In this document: positions 1 through 10,738 of the stretch, piece by piece
How positions within the stretch are numbered: position 1 is the first letter of the stretch
Layout: the number at the start of each line of letters is the position of its first letter
Source: a virus
Lineage: Duplodnaviria; Caudoviricetes
Reading direction: 5' to 3' (one strand)
DNA: 64,000 nucleotides
Virus record (IMG/VR): IMGVR_UViG_2681812962_000001
Span: 27,407 to 91,406 of that record
Notes under the pieces: model-generated
Told to the model about the DNA's origin: nothing
What the model saw: the letters and a program-made list of their open reading frames with translations, nothing else
The model's database searches: none
Position numbers and translations under genes: made by a program

Positions 1-306
1 CGAGTTTCTAATTTGAAGGTAAGTATTAAACTTATTTTTTAAGTGTGAAGAGATCTCCAGATCAGCAAATGTTTTAATAATCATGAAAAATAACCATTCT
101 TGGCGACCTACGGATGCTAGATCAATCTTTTCTGCTTTTGCTTGTTCAAAGTCAGTAAGAAATTCAATGAGCATCTCTTTTACTTTAGTAGGAGAGAAGA
201 GTGGATAAATGAAAGCATGTACATCTTCAGTAAGCTGTACTTTTTCTTTTTTGTCATACTTCTTAGCATCGCTTTTCAACAACTGTAGCGTTAATTTCTT
301 TGACAT
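1..306 (-). CDS. Phage tail-region protein (YomO-like, possible tail assembly chaperone), partial, runs off the window
   Basis: Translated by hand: ATG at 306 after SD AAGGAGG, MSKKLTLQLLKSDAKKYDKKEKVQLTEDVHAFIYPLFSPTK..., open to position 1. Confidence 0.7.
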   Translation of the reverse strand, partial: MSKKLTLQLLKSDAKKYDKKEKVQLTEDVHAFIYPLFSPTKVKEMLIEFLTDFEQAKAEKIDLASVGRQEWLFFMIIKTFADLEISSHLKNKFNTYLQIRNS

Positions 307-361
307 ATATAATTTCCTCCTTAAAAATCCAAATGAAAGGAGAGGGGGAGACCCCTCTCAA

Positions 362-509
362 TTATTCAACTGTTTCTTCTACAGCAATAGGTTCTGAATC
401 TTGAACTGACTCAGCAGGTTCAGTTACTTCTGGTTCAGGTTCTGGCTCTGGCTCTGGTGTAGCCACAGGCTCTGGCTCAGTAGTTACTGGCTCGACTGTG
501 GCATCCTTA
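362..509 (-). CDS. +1 frameshift extension of the tail tube protein (Pro/Glu-rich tail)
   Basis: ACT CCC TAA G; the +1 frame reads PKDATVEPVTTEPEPVATPEPEPEPEPEV...VE to the stop at 362. Confidence 0.7.
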
Positions 510-1229
510 GGGAGTAGTGGAGCGTGGAACTTCGAAGAAGCGACCAATCTTATTGTCTTCGGTCATTGCGTTAAAGTTTAGCTCTGGTGTTAGAGGTGTA
601 CCGTTCTCGAGAGAAAGTTCGACTGCCCCGGAAGGAACAACGTTATCAAACTGAACATATAGATCACTTACTACAGCATTGGTATCTGGATTATAAGTGA
701 TAGTACGGTATTCCACTTCATAGGACTCAGAGAACTTATCTGCTGCAATTTCAACAAGTTTACCGGTTGCTTCAACCTTGTAAATTGCTTTCAGACGTTC
801 CCCTTGTTCAGCAAAGTCAACAGGGATAGTACCATCTGCAGCTACCTTCTTATTCACACCATCTAGGTTAGTAAAAACAACTTCTCCTTCTGCTGGAACT
901 TCACTCAATGTGAAGGCTCCTGCATCTCCAACCGTTACAGTTTCGATTTTGTTAACCAAAGCCTTGCCGTCACGTTCAACAGCAACACCTTGAGTCATTG
1001 CGAGCCATTCTAGGTCGAACAACGCGTTTCGTACTGCAAGAGAAACCTCTTTAGCACTACGGATTAGAGCGATATCGCGGTTACCAATACCACCTTTAAG
1101 CCGTTCTTCTGTCACAGCCTGAGAGATAGATGCCATCTGCGCCTCAGTTGTGAATACGATGTGGCCATCTCTTTTACGCTTAAACGTTACGTCAGCTGTA
1201 TCAGAGATAACAGTTTTGTTAATAGACAT
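507..1229 (-). CDS. yomU: Putative major tail tube protein (YomU-like)
   Basis: 240 aa, strong SD AAGGAGG, position after head-tail joining genes, ends in a CCC-TAA shift site. Confidence 0.7.
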   Translation of the reverse strand: MSINKTVISDTADVTFKRKRDGHIVFTTEAQMASISQAVTEERLKGGIGNRDIALIRSAKEVSLAVRNALFDLEWLAMTQGVAVERDGKALVNKIETVTVGDAGAFTLSEVPAEGEVVFTNLDGVNKKVAADGTIPVDFAEQGERLKAIYKVEATGKLVEIAADKFSESYEVEYRTITYNPDTNAVVSDLYVQFDNVVPSGAVELSLENGTPLTPELNFNAMTEDNKIGRFFEVPRSTTP

Positions 1230-1255
1230 TTAGTTTCCTCCTTGTAAAATGCATA

Positions 1256-1285
1256 TAAAAAGACAGCTATTAGCTGTCTTAAAAA
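1256..1285. terminator. Hairpin terminator between the yomV-like and yomU-like genes
   Basis: AAAAAAGACAGCT-ATT-AGCTGTCTT, with a T-run following on the minus strand. Confidence 0.55.
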
Positions 1286-1998
1286 GCTTTCTTAATTTCA
1301 TTGAACTGACCTTGAGATAGCTCATGTCTTTCTTCCTGGTAAAGATCAATGTGTTTTGACCAACTGTCAATTTTCATTTTTTCGGCAGATACAGTCGCAA
1401 ATAGGGTGGCTGTTTCGTAAGCAAATCCCTGTGCGATACGCTGATACTCCATGAAAAACTGATAGATGGTCAAGTTGGCTATCGCATTATATGAAGGCTT
1501 ACTACCAAACACAGAAATACTAGTTGCCATATCAGAGAACGAAATCATCTCAGCATCTTGAGCTTTTACACGCTTACTTCTCTCCCAGGCTCGTTGAATC
1601 TCTGGGTTAGGGTTAATTAACTCTTCTTTCATGCAATTCATTCTCATGACCAACTGTCTTATTTGTTGAAAGTTATCCTCGCTGATCCGATTCATGATAG
1701 TGTCATCATTGAAAACATGACTGAAGACTTCTGAATAAGCTTCATTGAAAGAAGGTAAATTGCCGCTAATCTGAAACAAAGTTACTCGATCATCTTGAAA
1801 GACTTCTATGAGCATATCATGTTTGCCTGTTTTATTGTCTTTGTGAAGCTCGTTGATAATCTCTAATTTACTCATTTTTACGTAATTCATGAAGGGCTGT
1901 AAGCGGGGGTAATCTTCTACTTTAATAAAGTGGCAAGTGCCTATATCGGTTTCTATCGGCATCCCTAAGATGAAATACTCCTCATTGTACCGTTCCAT
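1279..1998 (-). CDS. yomV: Phage structural/assembly protein (YomV-like)
   Basis: 239 aa, synteny, coupled to the upstream gene. Confidence 0.6.
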   Translation of the reverse strand: MERYNEEYFILGMPIETDIGTCHFIKVEDYPRLQPFMNYVKMSKLEIINELHKDNKTGKHDMLIEVFQDDRVTLFQISGNLPSFNEAYSEVFSHVFNDDTIMNRISEDNFQQIRQLVMRMNCMKEELINPNPEIQRAWERSKRVKAQDAEMISFSDMATSISVFGSKPSYNAIANLTIYQFFMEYQRIAQGFAYETATLFATVSAEKMKIDSWSKHIDLYQEERHELSQGQFNEIKKAF

Positions 1999-2501
1999 TA
2001 TTGACCCGACCCAAACTGAAAGACGTTACTGTAACCTACGAATTCACTAGGTAAGTTAGCGATTTGGCCACCTCCAGCATCCTTTGTTTTATTGATACCG
2101 GCCACGTTTTGATGCAGGAGTAGCTGACAAATCCGGTCTGTAATTCTCATAGTGCGAAAATCTTCGTTTTCATAATCACTGTGAGCAATAACATCGAATA
2201 TGATCTGCTTAGTGCTGTACTTGTCATTGTTTACATCTGCAGCTCTTCGACCCATATAAAACATTAGTCTGCATTGAGGTGTGGTTAAATCGCTAGTGAC
2301 CTTAGTTTTTTTAATAGACTTTTTAATAATATTCCATTTTGTCTCTTCATCCATTTCAGTAATGTTAGGCAGGTCTTCTGAGAGGGGATCAGGCTGGGTG
2401 TTAAATAAATCTTCAGGGGGATAGTGTAGGAGTCTTAAAAGAGATTCATCGCTACTTAAAGTGTTATAGATATCAGCAAGCATACTATAATTCATTTCCA
2501 T
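1998..2501 (-). CDS. yomW: Putative tail completion/terminator protein (YomW-like)
   Basis: 167 aa, synteny. Confidence 0.6.
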   Translation of the reverse strand: MEMNYSMLADIYNTLSSDESLLRLLHYPPEDLFNTQPDPLSEDLPNITEMDEETKWNIIKKSIKKTKVTSDLTTPQCRLMFYMGRRAADVNNDKYSTKQIIFDVIAHSDYENEDFRTMRITDRICQLLLHQNVAGINKTKDAGGGQIANLPSEFVGYSNVFQFGSGQ

Positions 2502-3151
2502 TAGGAGTTCACCATCCTTTTAGCGTAGATGATGAGTATACCTTTTTCATTAATAACCTTTGTTCTATCAATCCCTACAAATTGATAATTCTGACCGTAG
2601 AATTCATGAATTTTGCCTTCTTCTAGATCAGAATGAACCTTGTAAGGCATCGTAATAGATAAATCAGAATCAGGAACATTGATAGGCTTGCCATCAGTAA
2701 AGGATGGAGCTGATACGCTAATGTAGCAAGGATGACTAGTTGACTCACCTTTAATAATCTTATACTGAGGTTCTTTAAGTTTGTTGTAGCCCAATAATAT
2801 TTTTTCGTCCTTACCAGCCAATGAAAATTCGTTATTGCAAAGGTATATCATTGCCTTTTTATAAGTACGATAGTTTTCTGGCAAAGTGACTACTAACCAA
2901 CTTTCTTCCGAAGTGAGCACGACACTGCCTCTATTAATCTCATCAGGACGACCATATATATACTTACCCATTCCATCTACATTATTGAATTTGGACTTAA
3001 GTAGGATTCTACTTTCTGCACCATCAATTAGGGCGCTTTGAGAGTCATATCCATTTAAGGCCATTTCAACAATTTTACTAGAATCGTGTAGCATCTTTTC
3101 TTCTACAGTAACCTCGTGGTAGTTAGAGTAATCCCTTATTTTCATCACCAC
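2501..3151 (-). CDS. yomX: Putative head-tail joining protein (YomX-like)
   Basis: 216 aa, synteny; exact start uncertain. Confidence 0.6.
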   Translation of the reverse strand: MVMKIRDYSNYHEVTVEEKMLHDSSKIVEMALNGYDSQSALIDGAESRILLKSKFNNVDGMGKYIYGRPDEINRGSVVLTSEESWLVVTLPENYRTYKKAMIYLCNNEFSLAGKDEKILLGYNKLKEPQYKIIKGESTSHPCYISVSAPSFTDGKPINVPDSDLSITMPYKVHSDLEEGKIHEFYGQNYQFVGIDRTKVINEKGILIIYAKRMVNS

Positions 3152-3377
3152 ATTTCAACTGGTCGTTAATCTTGGTGATCTCAGCACTAACTGTCAAAAT
3201 GGTGTCCCTAATTTCTGCTAGAGCTGGATCACTTAACAGTGGTTTATTTAAATATTCCTCTAGCTTAAAAAGGACTCCGTTGTTTTTCTTGCTCAGTCTG
3301 CTGCAGAAAAGATACAGGGACTCATCCTCGAGTTTTCCAGAAGAGGGGTTGTGCTTTGAAATCCAATGATTACTCAT
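3123..3377 (-). CDS. yomY: Small phage protein (YomY-like)
   Basis: 84 aa, overlapping starts/stops with neighbours, synteny. Confidence 0.6.
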   Translation of the reverse strand: MSNHWISKHNPSSGKLEDESLYLFCSRLSKKNNGVLFKLEEYLNKPLLSDPALAEIRDTILTVSAEITKINDQLKCGDENKGLL

Positions 3378-3769
3378 AGGAAATCCTCCTCGTTGTTCAT
3401 AATCAAAACTCTTAGAGCGTCTTTATCTTCAGCTATCGAACTTTCAATTGATCTAATCTGAGCACTGTAATTCCTGAATCCGATGTCACCGTTGAACGGT
3501 TGATATACTCCTTGAAAAGCAGTTAATTGGTTCTTACGAAAAATTAACTTAATGAAGTAGGCTAGGATCAGCAGTTCACTATCGCTTAAAGCCTTATTAA
3601 TAGTTTCTGATGCATCATCACAGGTAATAGCGGTATCCATCTTATTATTGAAGTGCTTAACGCCATTGTGAATGGTTGCATATACCTTTTCTTCTGACTT
3701 AGGTAAGTCGATTTCAGGAAATTGCCCATTGTCCATAAAAGCTGTCCAGATTTGATCGTAGGTAGTCAT
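3374..3769 (-). CDS. yomZ: Putative head-tail adaptor (YomZ-like)
   Basis: 131 aa, SD AAGGGGG, synteny. Confidence 0.6.
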   Translation of the reverse strand: MTTYDQIWTAFMDNGQFPEIDLPKSEEKVYATIHNGVKHFNNKMDTAITCDDASETINKALSDSELLILAYFIKLIFRKNQLTAFQGVYQPFNGDIGFRNYSAQIRSIESSIAEDKDALRVLIMNNEEDFL

Positions 3770-3784
3770 ATAATGACCCCCTTA

Positions 3785-4255
3785 TTATTCAAAGAGAAGA
3801 GAAGGGTCGCCATTTGGAACTTCCATCCACTCTGCTAAAAACTTAGCTTTGCTAGCTGTGAGATCCATCTTTTGAGCAACATCGATTACGAATTGTTTCT
3901 CTTCTTCTACTGTTATCTTGCTTAGCTTACTCTTCATAGCATTTACGTTACCTTTGAGAATGGCTTCGATTTCTTCCTCTGTATGAGTATTCGAAGTGTA
4001 TGTCTCTTTGTCCAAGATATTATCTACAATTTCTGTAACATCAGCATTTGCTTTGTCTTCTACAATGTAGAGTTCACCTTCATCAAAACAACGAGAATTC
4101 ATTGTGAGCCACTCAACAACTTCTTGTGGAATATCTTTAGAATCAATCTTCCCGTTTTTGCTACCATTCCAAGTAAACACTCTACGAGATCCATCTGCTG
4201 TGTAATTAACTACATAAGGGGTGTTACGTCTTCTAGCTACTTTAATTTTGCTCAA
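3785..4255 (-). CDS. yonA: Phage protein (YonA-like)
   Basis: 156 aa, SD AGGAGG plus TTG, follows the capsid gene. Confidence 0.65.
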   Translation of the reverse strand: MSKIKVARRRNTPYVVNYTADGSRRVFTWNGSKNGKIDSKDIPQEVVEWLTMNSRCFDEGELYIVEDKANADVTEIVDNILDKETYTSNTHTEEEIEAILKGNVNAMKSKLSKITVEEEKQFVIDVAQKMDLTASKAKFLAEWMEVPNGDPSLLFE

Positions 4256-4316
4256 TATAATATTCCTCCTAAATAATCCTAGTAATAGGCAGGGGGGAAC
4301 CCTGCCCGATGGTTAA

Positions 4317-5333
4317 TTAAAGTTGTACAGCTGCGTCTTCTTTAACTAGTCCGATCGCTTCACCAAATACCATAGTTACAGAAGCATCTTGAGTTAGTTT
4401 CATTTTAATACGTTCATCTTCCATGTCTGTTGCAGTAGTTTGTTTCAACCCGCCGTATTCAACAACACTGAATGGTTTCTGAGAAACACCACCGGCAAAC
4501 ATGAAGCCTTTGTTAACTGGCAGCTCTGTTTTGGAGTTAGTTTCGTCCAGGAATGGATTCACTAAAGTCACTGCAGTTGTACGGCCAATAGTAGTAGGGT
4601 TAAGTGCTGTTAGCAATTCTTTCTTAATATCATCTGTAAGCAATTTATTGAAAGTATTGTCTGAAGCTTGTTGCATAGCAAAGTGATCTACAAGCAATGC
4701 ATCGCCAATGAAGACGGGGCGGCCACCATACCGCTGTAGGGTAGATGCTACTTTGTTGTATTGAGTAAGAGTTAGGTTGGATCCAGCTGCGATGTTGGCT
4801 GCAGGGATCTTTCCAGATGCTCGAGCAGCTTCAATAAGCTTGTAGATATTATCCAAGTAAAGACGAACTTTAGCCTGAGCTACATCATTGACTAACTTGT
4901 TGAAGAACTCTACGGAATCACGTACAAGGTCAAGAGGCTCATAGTAGAAACCAGTAGATAGATGCTGTGGCTCAAGAGTTACAGTTTTACGACCTTCAAC
5001 TCGGACTAGGTCAACGCCAGAACCGGTTGCCGACCACATAACCTTCGCTTTGTTTTTCTGAGGGATCTTAAGCTGCTTGAACGTTCCAGGAGCGGCTGTA
5101 TCAAGATCTGCCATAATACCAAGGATGTCTGTAACAACTGGCTTTGCAATTTGATCAGCTTGTTCGACAACCAGGTTGTTAAACTGATGCAACATAGAGG
5201 GATCTGGATTTGTATAACCATCATTAAAGACTGCTTTGATGTAAGACTTAATGTCTGCTTTATCTGTTTCTTGCATTTGGTTTTGACGAACGCGGCTCAT
5301 AAGAGCTCGCAATTGACCAGTATTTAGTTTCAT
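4317..5333 (-). CDS. yonB: Major capsid protein (YonB-like)
   Basis: 338 aa, downstream of the scaffold/protease and decoration genes, followed by hairpin GGCAGGG-GGGAA-CCCTGCC. Confidence 0.75.
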   Translation of the reverse strand: MKLNTGQLRALMSRVRQNQMQETDKADIKSYIKAVFNDGYTNPDPSMLHQFNNLVVEQADQIAKPVVTDILGIMADLDTAAPGTFKQLKIPQKNKAKVMWSATGSGVDLVRVEGRKTVTLEPQHLSTGFYYEPLDLVRDSVEFFNKLVNDVAQAKVRLYLDNIYKLIEAARASGKIPAANIAAGSNLTLTQYNKVASTLQRYGGRPVFIGDALLVDHFAMQQASDNTFNKLLTDDIKKELLTALNPTTIGRTTAVTLVNPFLDETNSKTELPVNKGFMFAGGVSQKPFSVVEYGGLKQTTATDMEDERIKMKLTQDASVTMVFGEAIGLVKEDAAVQL

Positions 5334-5378
5334 ATGTATAACTCCTTTAAGATAAAATTAATATTTTATTTGATTTAA

Positions 5379-5945
5379 TTACTCGCCTGCTACTGGAGCG
5401 GCTGCGACAGGGGAGAGGTCCTCTACTTCAAGTCGGACAATCGGTTGGCCATGAGTGTAAGCCAAATCTTCTTCGTTTGCGACCACCAAGAATTTATTCC
5501 GGGAGCCAGCGTAATCAGCGTGTGGAGCATCAGCTTTTGACACAATAAATACTTTTTCTGCGATGTCAAAGTGGGCTACCATACCATGTCCGATAATATC
5601 TACACCATCATTTTTCTTGAATGCAGAAGTGTCGAAGCGTGTATATCCTTCTTCAAAGATCACAATACGACCGCGCTCACCCTCAGCATTATAAAAAGCG
5701 GAAAGCTCTTCATCTAAGTAACGACGTTCAGGTGCGGCAGCAAGATAGCCTTTTTTAGCTTTATCAGACAATTGCTTTGCTGTACGTTCACCCTCAGCAT
5801 TAAATCCTAGTTCGACCAATGTAAAGTTGTCTACATCCTCAAGGAAAATTGCTCCATGAGCGACAGTCTTAACATGAATAGAATTCAAGTTGCCGACTGC
5901 ATGTTTATCGTGTTTAATTAAGGCTTGTTGTGCTTGTGTAGCCAT
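5379..5945 (-). CDS. yonC: Putative capsid decoration/cement protein (YonC-like)
   Basis: 188 aa, between scaffold and capsid. Confidence 0.6.
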   Translation of the reverse strand: MATQAQQALIKHDKHAVGNLNSIHVKTVAHGAIFLEDVDNFTLVELGFNAEGERTAKQLSDKAKKGYLAAAPERRYLDEELSAFYNAEGERGRIVIFEEGYTRFDTSAFKKNDGVDIIGHGMVAHFDIAEKVFIVSKADAPHADYAGSRNKFLVVANEEDLAYTHGQPIVRLEVEDLSPVAAAPVAGE

Positions 5946-5973
5946 TTTTCATTCCTCCAATAATAATTTAATT

Positions 5974-7410
5974 TTACTCAGAAAAACGACTGAAGAAGTC
6001 ATTTTCAGCTGGAATTAGATCTTGACGAGTACTGTTTAGTGCAAGAGTAGCAGTGCTATGAGCTTCCTCAGCTTTTACAGTTACTAGTTCAACTAGCATT
6101 GAATTTAGCTTCATTGTGGCTTGAGATGCTTCTTCGCCTTCATTAGCTGATTGAGCGACAAGTGTTTGAACTTCTTCAGTCTCATATTGCTCCTTAGCAT
6201 TGAGAGCAGTGAATTTACCCTCGTAATGCTCTTTCTGACTGTTGAGCTTTTGCTCTAGCTTTTCGCTTTCGTACTTTTCTTTGTACGGTTTCAGCTCTGT
6301 GACTGCTTGGTTAAGAGATACTAGTTTTTCACTAGCGCCATTAAACTTGGCTTCAACTGAAGCTTTGTCTTCTTGAGCAGAGTTGAGCTTTGAAGTAAGC
6401 TCAGAAATCTCAGTATCCTTTTGGTTTAAAAGGTTCTGAGTTTCCTGGGGCACAACTTCTTCCCAGTTGCGCTTTAGAAAAACTTCAGTTTTAGAGTCAA
6501 AATCAATTTCTACAGCGCTCTCTGATTTTGAATAGTTAAATTTAAAATACTTGTCATATGCGTCATCTTCAGACCAACTGTAGATGTTTGCAATGAAATA
6601 GTTATCGAATGTATCGCTGATCCAGACATCTTCTTGCTCGGCCAGCTTTTCACTGAATGCTTCATAAATTTTCGAACGAATGTCATCATGTGACAGTTCA
6701 AAAGTCTTTTTGAATTTCACTTTTTCACTCTCCTTAGTATTATTTTGATTAAGTGCCTGAGCCACAAGTCTCTCAAAACCTGCAAATTCGTTAAAACTTA
6801 CAAGCTTAGAAGAATCATAGGCCGGTAGCACAATAGAATGGTTACCACGGTTCTCAGAGTTCAGAACACAGTGACCATCAAAGATGATAGGTGAGAGAAT
6901 ATGCTCCACACCATCAACAAATGAATAATTTTCATATAGAAACTCGCAGCTTGAATGTACCTCAATTCCTCTTACATGCCATTCCTTCAGTAATTCACAT
7001 GCATCAGGAAACCGAGACTTCCACAAAACTCCATCAGCTAGAAGTACTTCTTTTTCTCCATCTTCTGTTTGAATAGTTCCTTTGTATCCAGGGGTAGTGA
7101 AAGTGCCAATTGGAGTGGTATTAAGTTTTAAGCGCTGTTCGCCATTCCGGTTTGTGGAAAGGAATTCTTCATGGGATCCTAATGCATCTGTGGGAGATCC
7201 GGGTTCTTCGACCTGATAGTACCTAGTCACGATGGGTTTATTTAGAAGGGTGTTTGCTGCTTCCAATGCTACTTCCTCGGAAACAATGGCATTATTATTA
7301 CTAACTTCAAAATCAATGATCGAGAAGGTAACTGGAAGGAGAGTGGGGTCATTAGATTGCTTAATTTCATTCAAGCGGAGCTGAAGAGTTTTCTTTTTCT
7401 GCTTTTTCAA
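5974..7410 (-). CDS. yonD: Prohead protease/scaffold (YonD-like)
   Basis: 478 aa, globular N-terminus plus a long C-terminal coiled coil, after the portal. Confidence 0.7.
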   Translation of the reverse strand: MKKQKKKTLQLRLNEIKQSNDPTLLPVTFSIIDFEVSNNNAIVSEEVALEAANTLLNKPIVTRYYQVEEPGSPTDALGSHEEFLSTNRNGEQRLKLNTTPIGTFTTPGYKGTIQTEDGEKEVLLADGVLWKSRFPDACELLKEWHVRGIEVHSSCEFLYENYSFVDGVEHILSPIIFDGHCVLNSENRGNHSIVLPAYDSSKLVSFNEFAGFERLVAQALNQNNTKESEKVKFKKTFELSHDDIRSKIYEAFSEKLAEQEDVWISDTFDNYFIANIYSWSEDDAYDKYFKFNYSKSESAVEIDFDSKTEVFLKRNWEEVVPQETQNLLNQKDTEISELTSKLNSAQEDKASVEAKFNGASEKLVSLNQAVTELKPYKEKYESEKLEQKLNSQKEHYEGKFTALNAKEQYETEEVQTLVAQSANEGEEASQATMKLNSMLVELVTVKAEEAHSTATLALNSTRQDLIPAENDFFSRFSE

Positions 7411-7439
7411 TAATTATCACCTCCTTGAAAGCAGAAAAA

Positions 7440-8957
7440 CTACTCACTAGGAGTATTATTGGAATCAGTTGTAGCAGATTTTATAGTGTTGGGATTTTCT
7501 GAGGTTTCGCTTGAACTTCCTTTGCCAGCATTACCACTCATTACGGATGAGGTCATATAAGGCTTTATTTTCTCTTGCAGATGAAGTACATCAGTTTCAT
7601 AAAGAGTTTGTTCAAGGAAGGTATCCCAATTGACTCCTGGCAACTTGTCGACGAGATGCTTAATAGAAAAGCCTTTGTCCACCAGTTTGGTAAGCACCTC
7701 AATGATTTCTTTAGCTGAAAGTGGTTTTTCTTTGTCATAGATAATGGAGTAGTTATCTAACTGGCTATCAGGAACAATTAGGTTAATTAGCTTTTGATAG
7801 ATGTTTTCAACGTCCTCGAGCATGACTCCCAGTCTCTTATAGAAAAGATCCAACTTAGTATTTCCTGAAGCGTAGTTGTCACCAGTGCTACTAAGGAGGC
7901 CGTAGGAGGACTCAATGTCTTTATTTATATGGTCAAATTTCTTTCCATCTAAGCCATCTACCTTAACATCCGGGAATTCAATAGATGCAAAATCCGGGAT
8001 AGAAACTACATTGACGCCATCTTTGTTGTTAGCTTCTAAAGCGGACTTAACGCCACCATGAATCTTCTGTTTTATTGCTTTATTTAATTCCAGGTTACTA
8101 TATTTGCCATTATTCTTATCTGACCCAATAGTAACCACAGCTACAGCGTTTATGATCTTGTTAGCAATCGATCTCTCTACATCTTTCAACTTTTTCTTAT
8201 GTTGTACATCGAATAGGCCAGAGGTAATCCAAGATGTTCCTTTAGATTGGTTTCTCTTTAAAGCGCCAGTTGTGATGGAAAATGTACGCTCTTGAGGCAA
8301 CTCGACGTATTGTTTATCTGGATCCTTCTTAAATTCATCGTAATGCTGCTGTGTCACGTAAGGGGTGAACATCCTAAACATAAGCTTTCTCTGCTCGTCG
8401 TTAAAGGAATTAAAGAATCTCAAGTCCAGTACACAAGTCCAGTCGTTATTTTTTCGGTATAGCGGCTGAGCATATCTGGTGTCATCAAAGATATAGGCAT
8501 GCGGATTCTTTTTGTCTCCCAGCCACATGCCAACTACATTTCCAGAAGCAGCTGTTTGCTTTAAAATGTCGCGAGTCAATCTCCTATGCTGCACTTTCTT
8601 TAGTTGCTTATGTATGGCCATTTCATGCTTGTCCGATGCTTCAGTCTTTTTGAATGACTCAATACGATAATTTAGAGTGGGGAGAGATTCAATCATCTCA
8701 AAGAGCATGTGGATATCAGGAGAAGAAATGTAGAAGTATTGAGCTAGATTTTCAATTTCTTGCTGATACAGATCAGGATTGGCGAAGTACTTTTTAAGTT
8801 GTTCTGCAGTTACCTCAGTAATAATGCCGTTTGAAAAAAGGCGAGTTATGAAACCACTAGCGAAAGTACCCGCATATGTCTCCATGTCGTTTAACATCAA
8901 TTTGTATTCATCTGAATTTGTATCAATATCTCTAACTTGTATTGTGCTCACCTCCAA
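7440..8957 (-). CDS. yonE: Portal protein (YonE-like)
   Basis: About 500 aa directly after the large terminase; true start may be ATA at 8942. Confidence 0.75.
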   Translation of the reverse strand: MEVSTIQVRDIDTNSDEYKLMLNDMETYAGTFASGFITRLFSNGIITEVTAEQLKKYFANPDLYQQEIENLAQYFYISSPDIHMLFEMIESLPTLNYRIESFKKTEASDKHEMAIHKQLKKVQHRRLTRDILKQTAASGNVVGMWLGDKKNPHAYIFDDTRYAQPLYRKNNDWTCVLDLRFFNSFNDEQRKLMFRMFTPYVTQQHYDEFKKDPDKQYVELPQERTFSITTGALKRNQSKGTSWITSGLFDVQHKKKLKDVERSIANKIINAVAVVTIGSDKNNGKYSNLELNKAIKQKIHGGVKSALEANNKDGVNVVSIPDFASIEFPDVKVDGLDGKKFDHINKDIESSYGLLSSTGDNYASGNTKLDLFYKRLGVMLEDVENIYQKLINLIVPDSQLDNYSIIYDKEKPLSAKEIIEVLTKLVDKGFSIKHLVDKLPGVNWDTFLEQTLYETDVLHLQEKIKPYMTSSVMSGNAGKGSSSETSENPNTIKSATTDSNNTPSE

Positions 8958-8959
8958 TC

Positions 8960-10738
8960 TTAATAGTAAACCAGGTCATCGTCGTCGGCTGTTTCACTGT
9001 TTTTATTTAAGTCACGTTCTAGCTCAGAAGCTATGTGATTTCCATATGAAACGCTACTGTATTTATCTTTACGTTTAGAGCGAGGCTCTTTTAATTTAAC
9101 TTGTCCGGTGTCAGGGTTTGTTTCACCTTCAAGGTTGATCATTTCGTTAATCAATGCAGTTGCCTGCGCATAAGGAAGAATCAATTGACTTTGTGTTTCA
9201 GTTGGTAAGTTCTCATAACCTTTTATTGATTTAAGAACTTCCTTACCATCATTTTCATGCATTAGAAGCTTTAATTTACCGCGTTTCAAAGCGTCTTTCA
9301 TTGTAATAGCGATCTTACTGTTCAAAGAAGCATTACCTTTTATACTATAAATCACTTTTGGAGCAGAAGTGTATACACACCTAGCTTGCATCTTTTCATC
9401 ATTAATACAGTTTAAGGGCTCATATTCTTTAGCTCGTTCTTTATCAAATAAAGGTTGAGAGAGAAGATCAAAGATGGCTAAACCGACGTTTTGTGTATCG
9501 AGAACTATGTAGTCACAATTAAAGTCTTCGTAAAGCTGTCTAATTCTAGTGGACTGTGTTTGAGTATGGCCTCCAACTATGCTTTCCATGTAAACAACAT
9601 GTCTTTCATAGGAACGACCTTTGCTTACAGGTACTAATTTAAGCACTGAATACACACTGGCATCATTGTCTGTGCCTTCCATAGTTGCAATATCACAGCT
9701 AAGTAAGCGTATCTCTCCAGGCGCTTTAGGATCTGGTTTAAAGGAAGAATCTCTTAGTAACTGGTAATAATCCAGGGGATAAAGAGGGGAAGAGAGCTTT
9801 CTGTTTTTCTCCAAATCTTCAAACTTAAAGTAGGCCTTTTCAGATTCTCCAAACCAAAGAGCTTCCATCTCCATTGACCAACCAACTTCGTCAAAGTCGT
9901 CCTCAGACATCTCATCCTTTACTTGATCTTCCATTAACAATCGTTCTTTTATAGCCAATTGGTAGGGAAGGCCACACACAAAGTAGCTAGAGCCATCCAT
10001 CATTGATTTGTAATAGGTAAGGAAACGGTTATATGACCAGTGCACCTTGTACCAACAGGAGGATAAATATATCTCTTTGTTGCGCTCTGTGAGGTGGGCA
10101 TACTCGTCTTTTTGCAGATATCTAGGGGAGCGGGGAGCTGTTAGAAACTTTCGGAGTACTTTAGAGATGATCTGAAAATCAACCATTCTAAACTCATCAA
10201 CAATTAGCAAATTGGCTCGCTTAGAACGCGCTCCATCGTTTGAAGCTACAATTTTGATCCAGCTACCATTGTGGAATTCTACTTTGGGATCATTCGAGGA
10301 GGTCTTTAAATCGGATATTTCTCGAGCAAGGTTTTCAGAGTTCTTTCGCATATCATCTATTTTTTCAATGACTTCTCGTGCTTGACCCTTCGTACCAGAT
10401 GCAATTATGATCTTTGTCTCGGGGAATAATATGGCTCGAACACAGCAAAAGATAGACGTCAAAAACGTTTTACCCTGACCACGACTTGCAAGATACATGA
10501 AATAATGATTGTGCATCATCATGTATAATAAAATACACTGAAACAACTTAAGATTAATCCCTAAATACTCACTAACAAATCTCTGAGGATTACTTCTATA
10601 GAAAGATCCCCATACAGCAATGCCTTCCATTAAACGCTCGGACTTGGTTTTCTTGTTGAAATTACGGCCTTTATTGAATATATTTATGCCTTTATAGGCC
10701 TTGTTTCTATCTACTTGGAAGTTTTGATGAGCGCTCAT
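8960..10738 (-). CDS. yonF: Terminase large subunit (YonF-like)
   Basis: Walker A ASRGQGKT, Walker B LIVDE, RNase H-like acidic motifs SCDIA, VLDTQ and KDKYS. Confidence 0.9.
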   Translation of the reverse strand: MSAHQNFQVDRNKAYKGINIFNKGRNFNKKTKSERLMEGIAVWGSFYRSNPQRFVSEYLGINLKLFQCILLYMMMHNHYFMYLASRGQGKTFLTSIFCCVRAILFPETKIIIASGTKGQAREVIEKIDDMRKNSENLAREISDLKTSSNDPKVEFHNGSWIKIVASNDGARSKRANLLIVDEFRMVDFQIISKVLRKFLTAPRSPRYLQKDEYAHLTERNKEIYLSSCWYKVHWSYNRFLTYYKSMMDGSSYFVCGLPYQLAIKERLLMEDQVKDEMSEDDFDEVGWSMEMEALWFGESEKAYFKFEDLEKNRKLSSPLYPLDYYQLLRDSSFKPDPKAPGEIRLLSCDIATMEGTDNDASVYSVLKLVPVSKGRSYERHVVYMESIVGGHTQTQSTRIRQLYEDFNCDYIVLDTQNVGLAIFDLLSQPLFDKERAKEYEPLNCINDEKMQARCVYTSAPKVIYSIKGNASLNSKIAITMKDALKRGKLKLLMHENDGKEVLKSIKGYENLPTETQSQLILPYAQATALINEMINLEGETNPDTGQVKLKEPRSKRKDKYSSVSYGNHIASELERDLNKNSETADDDDLVYY

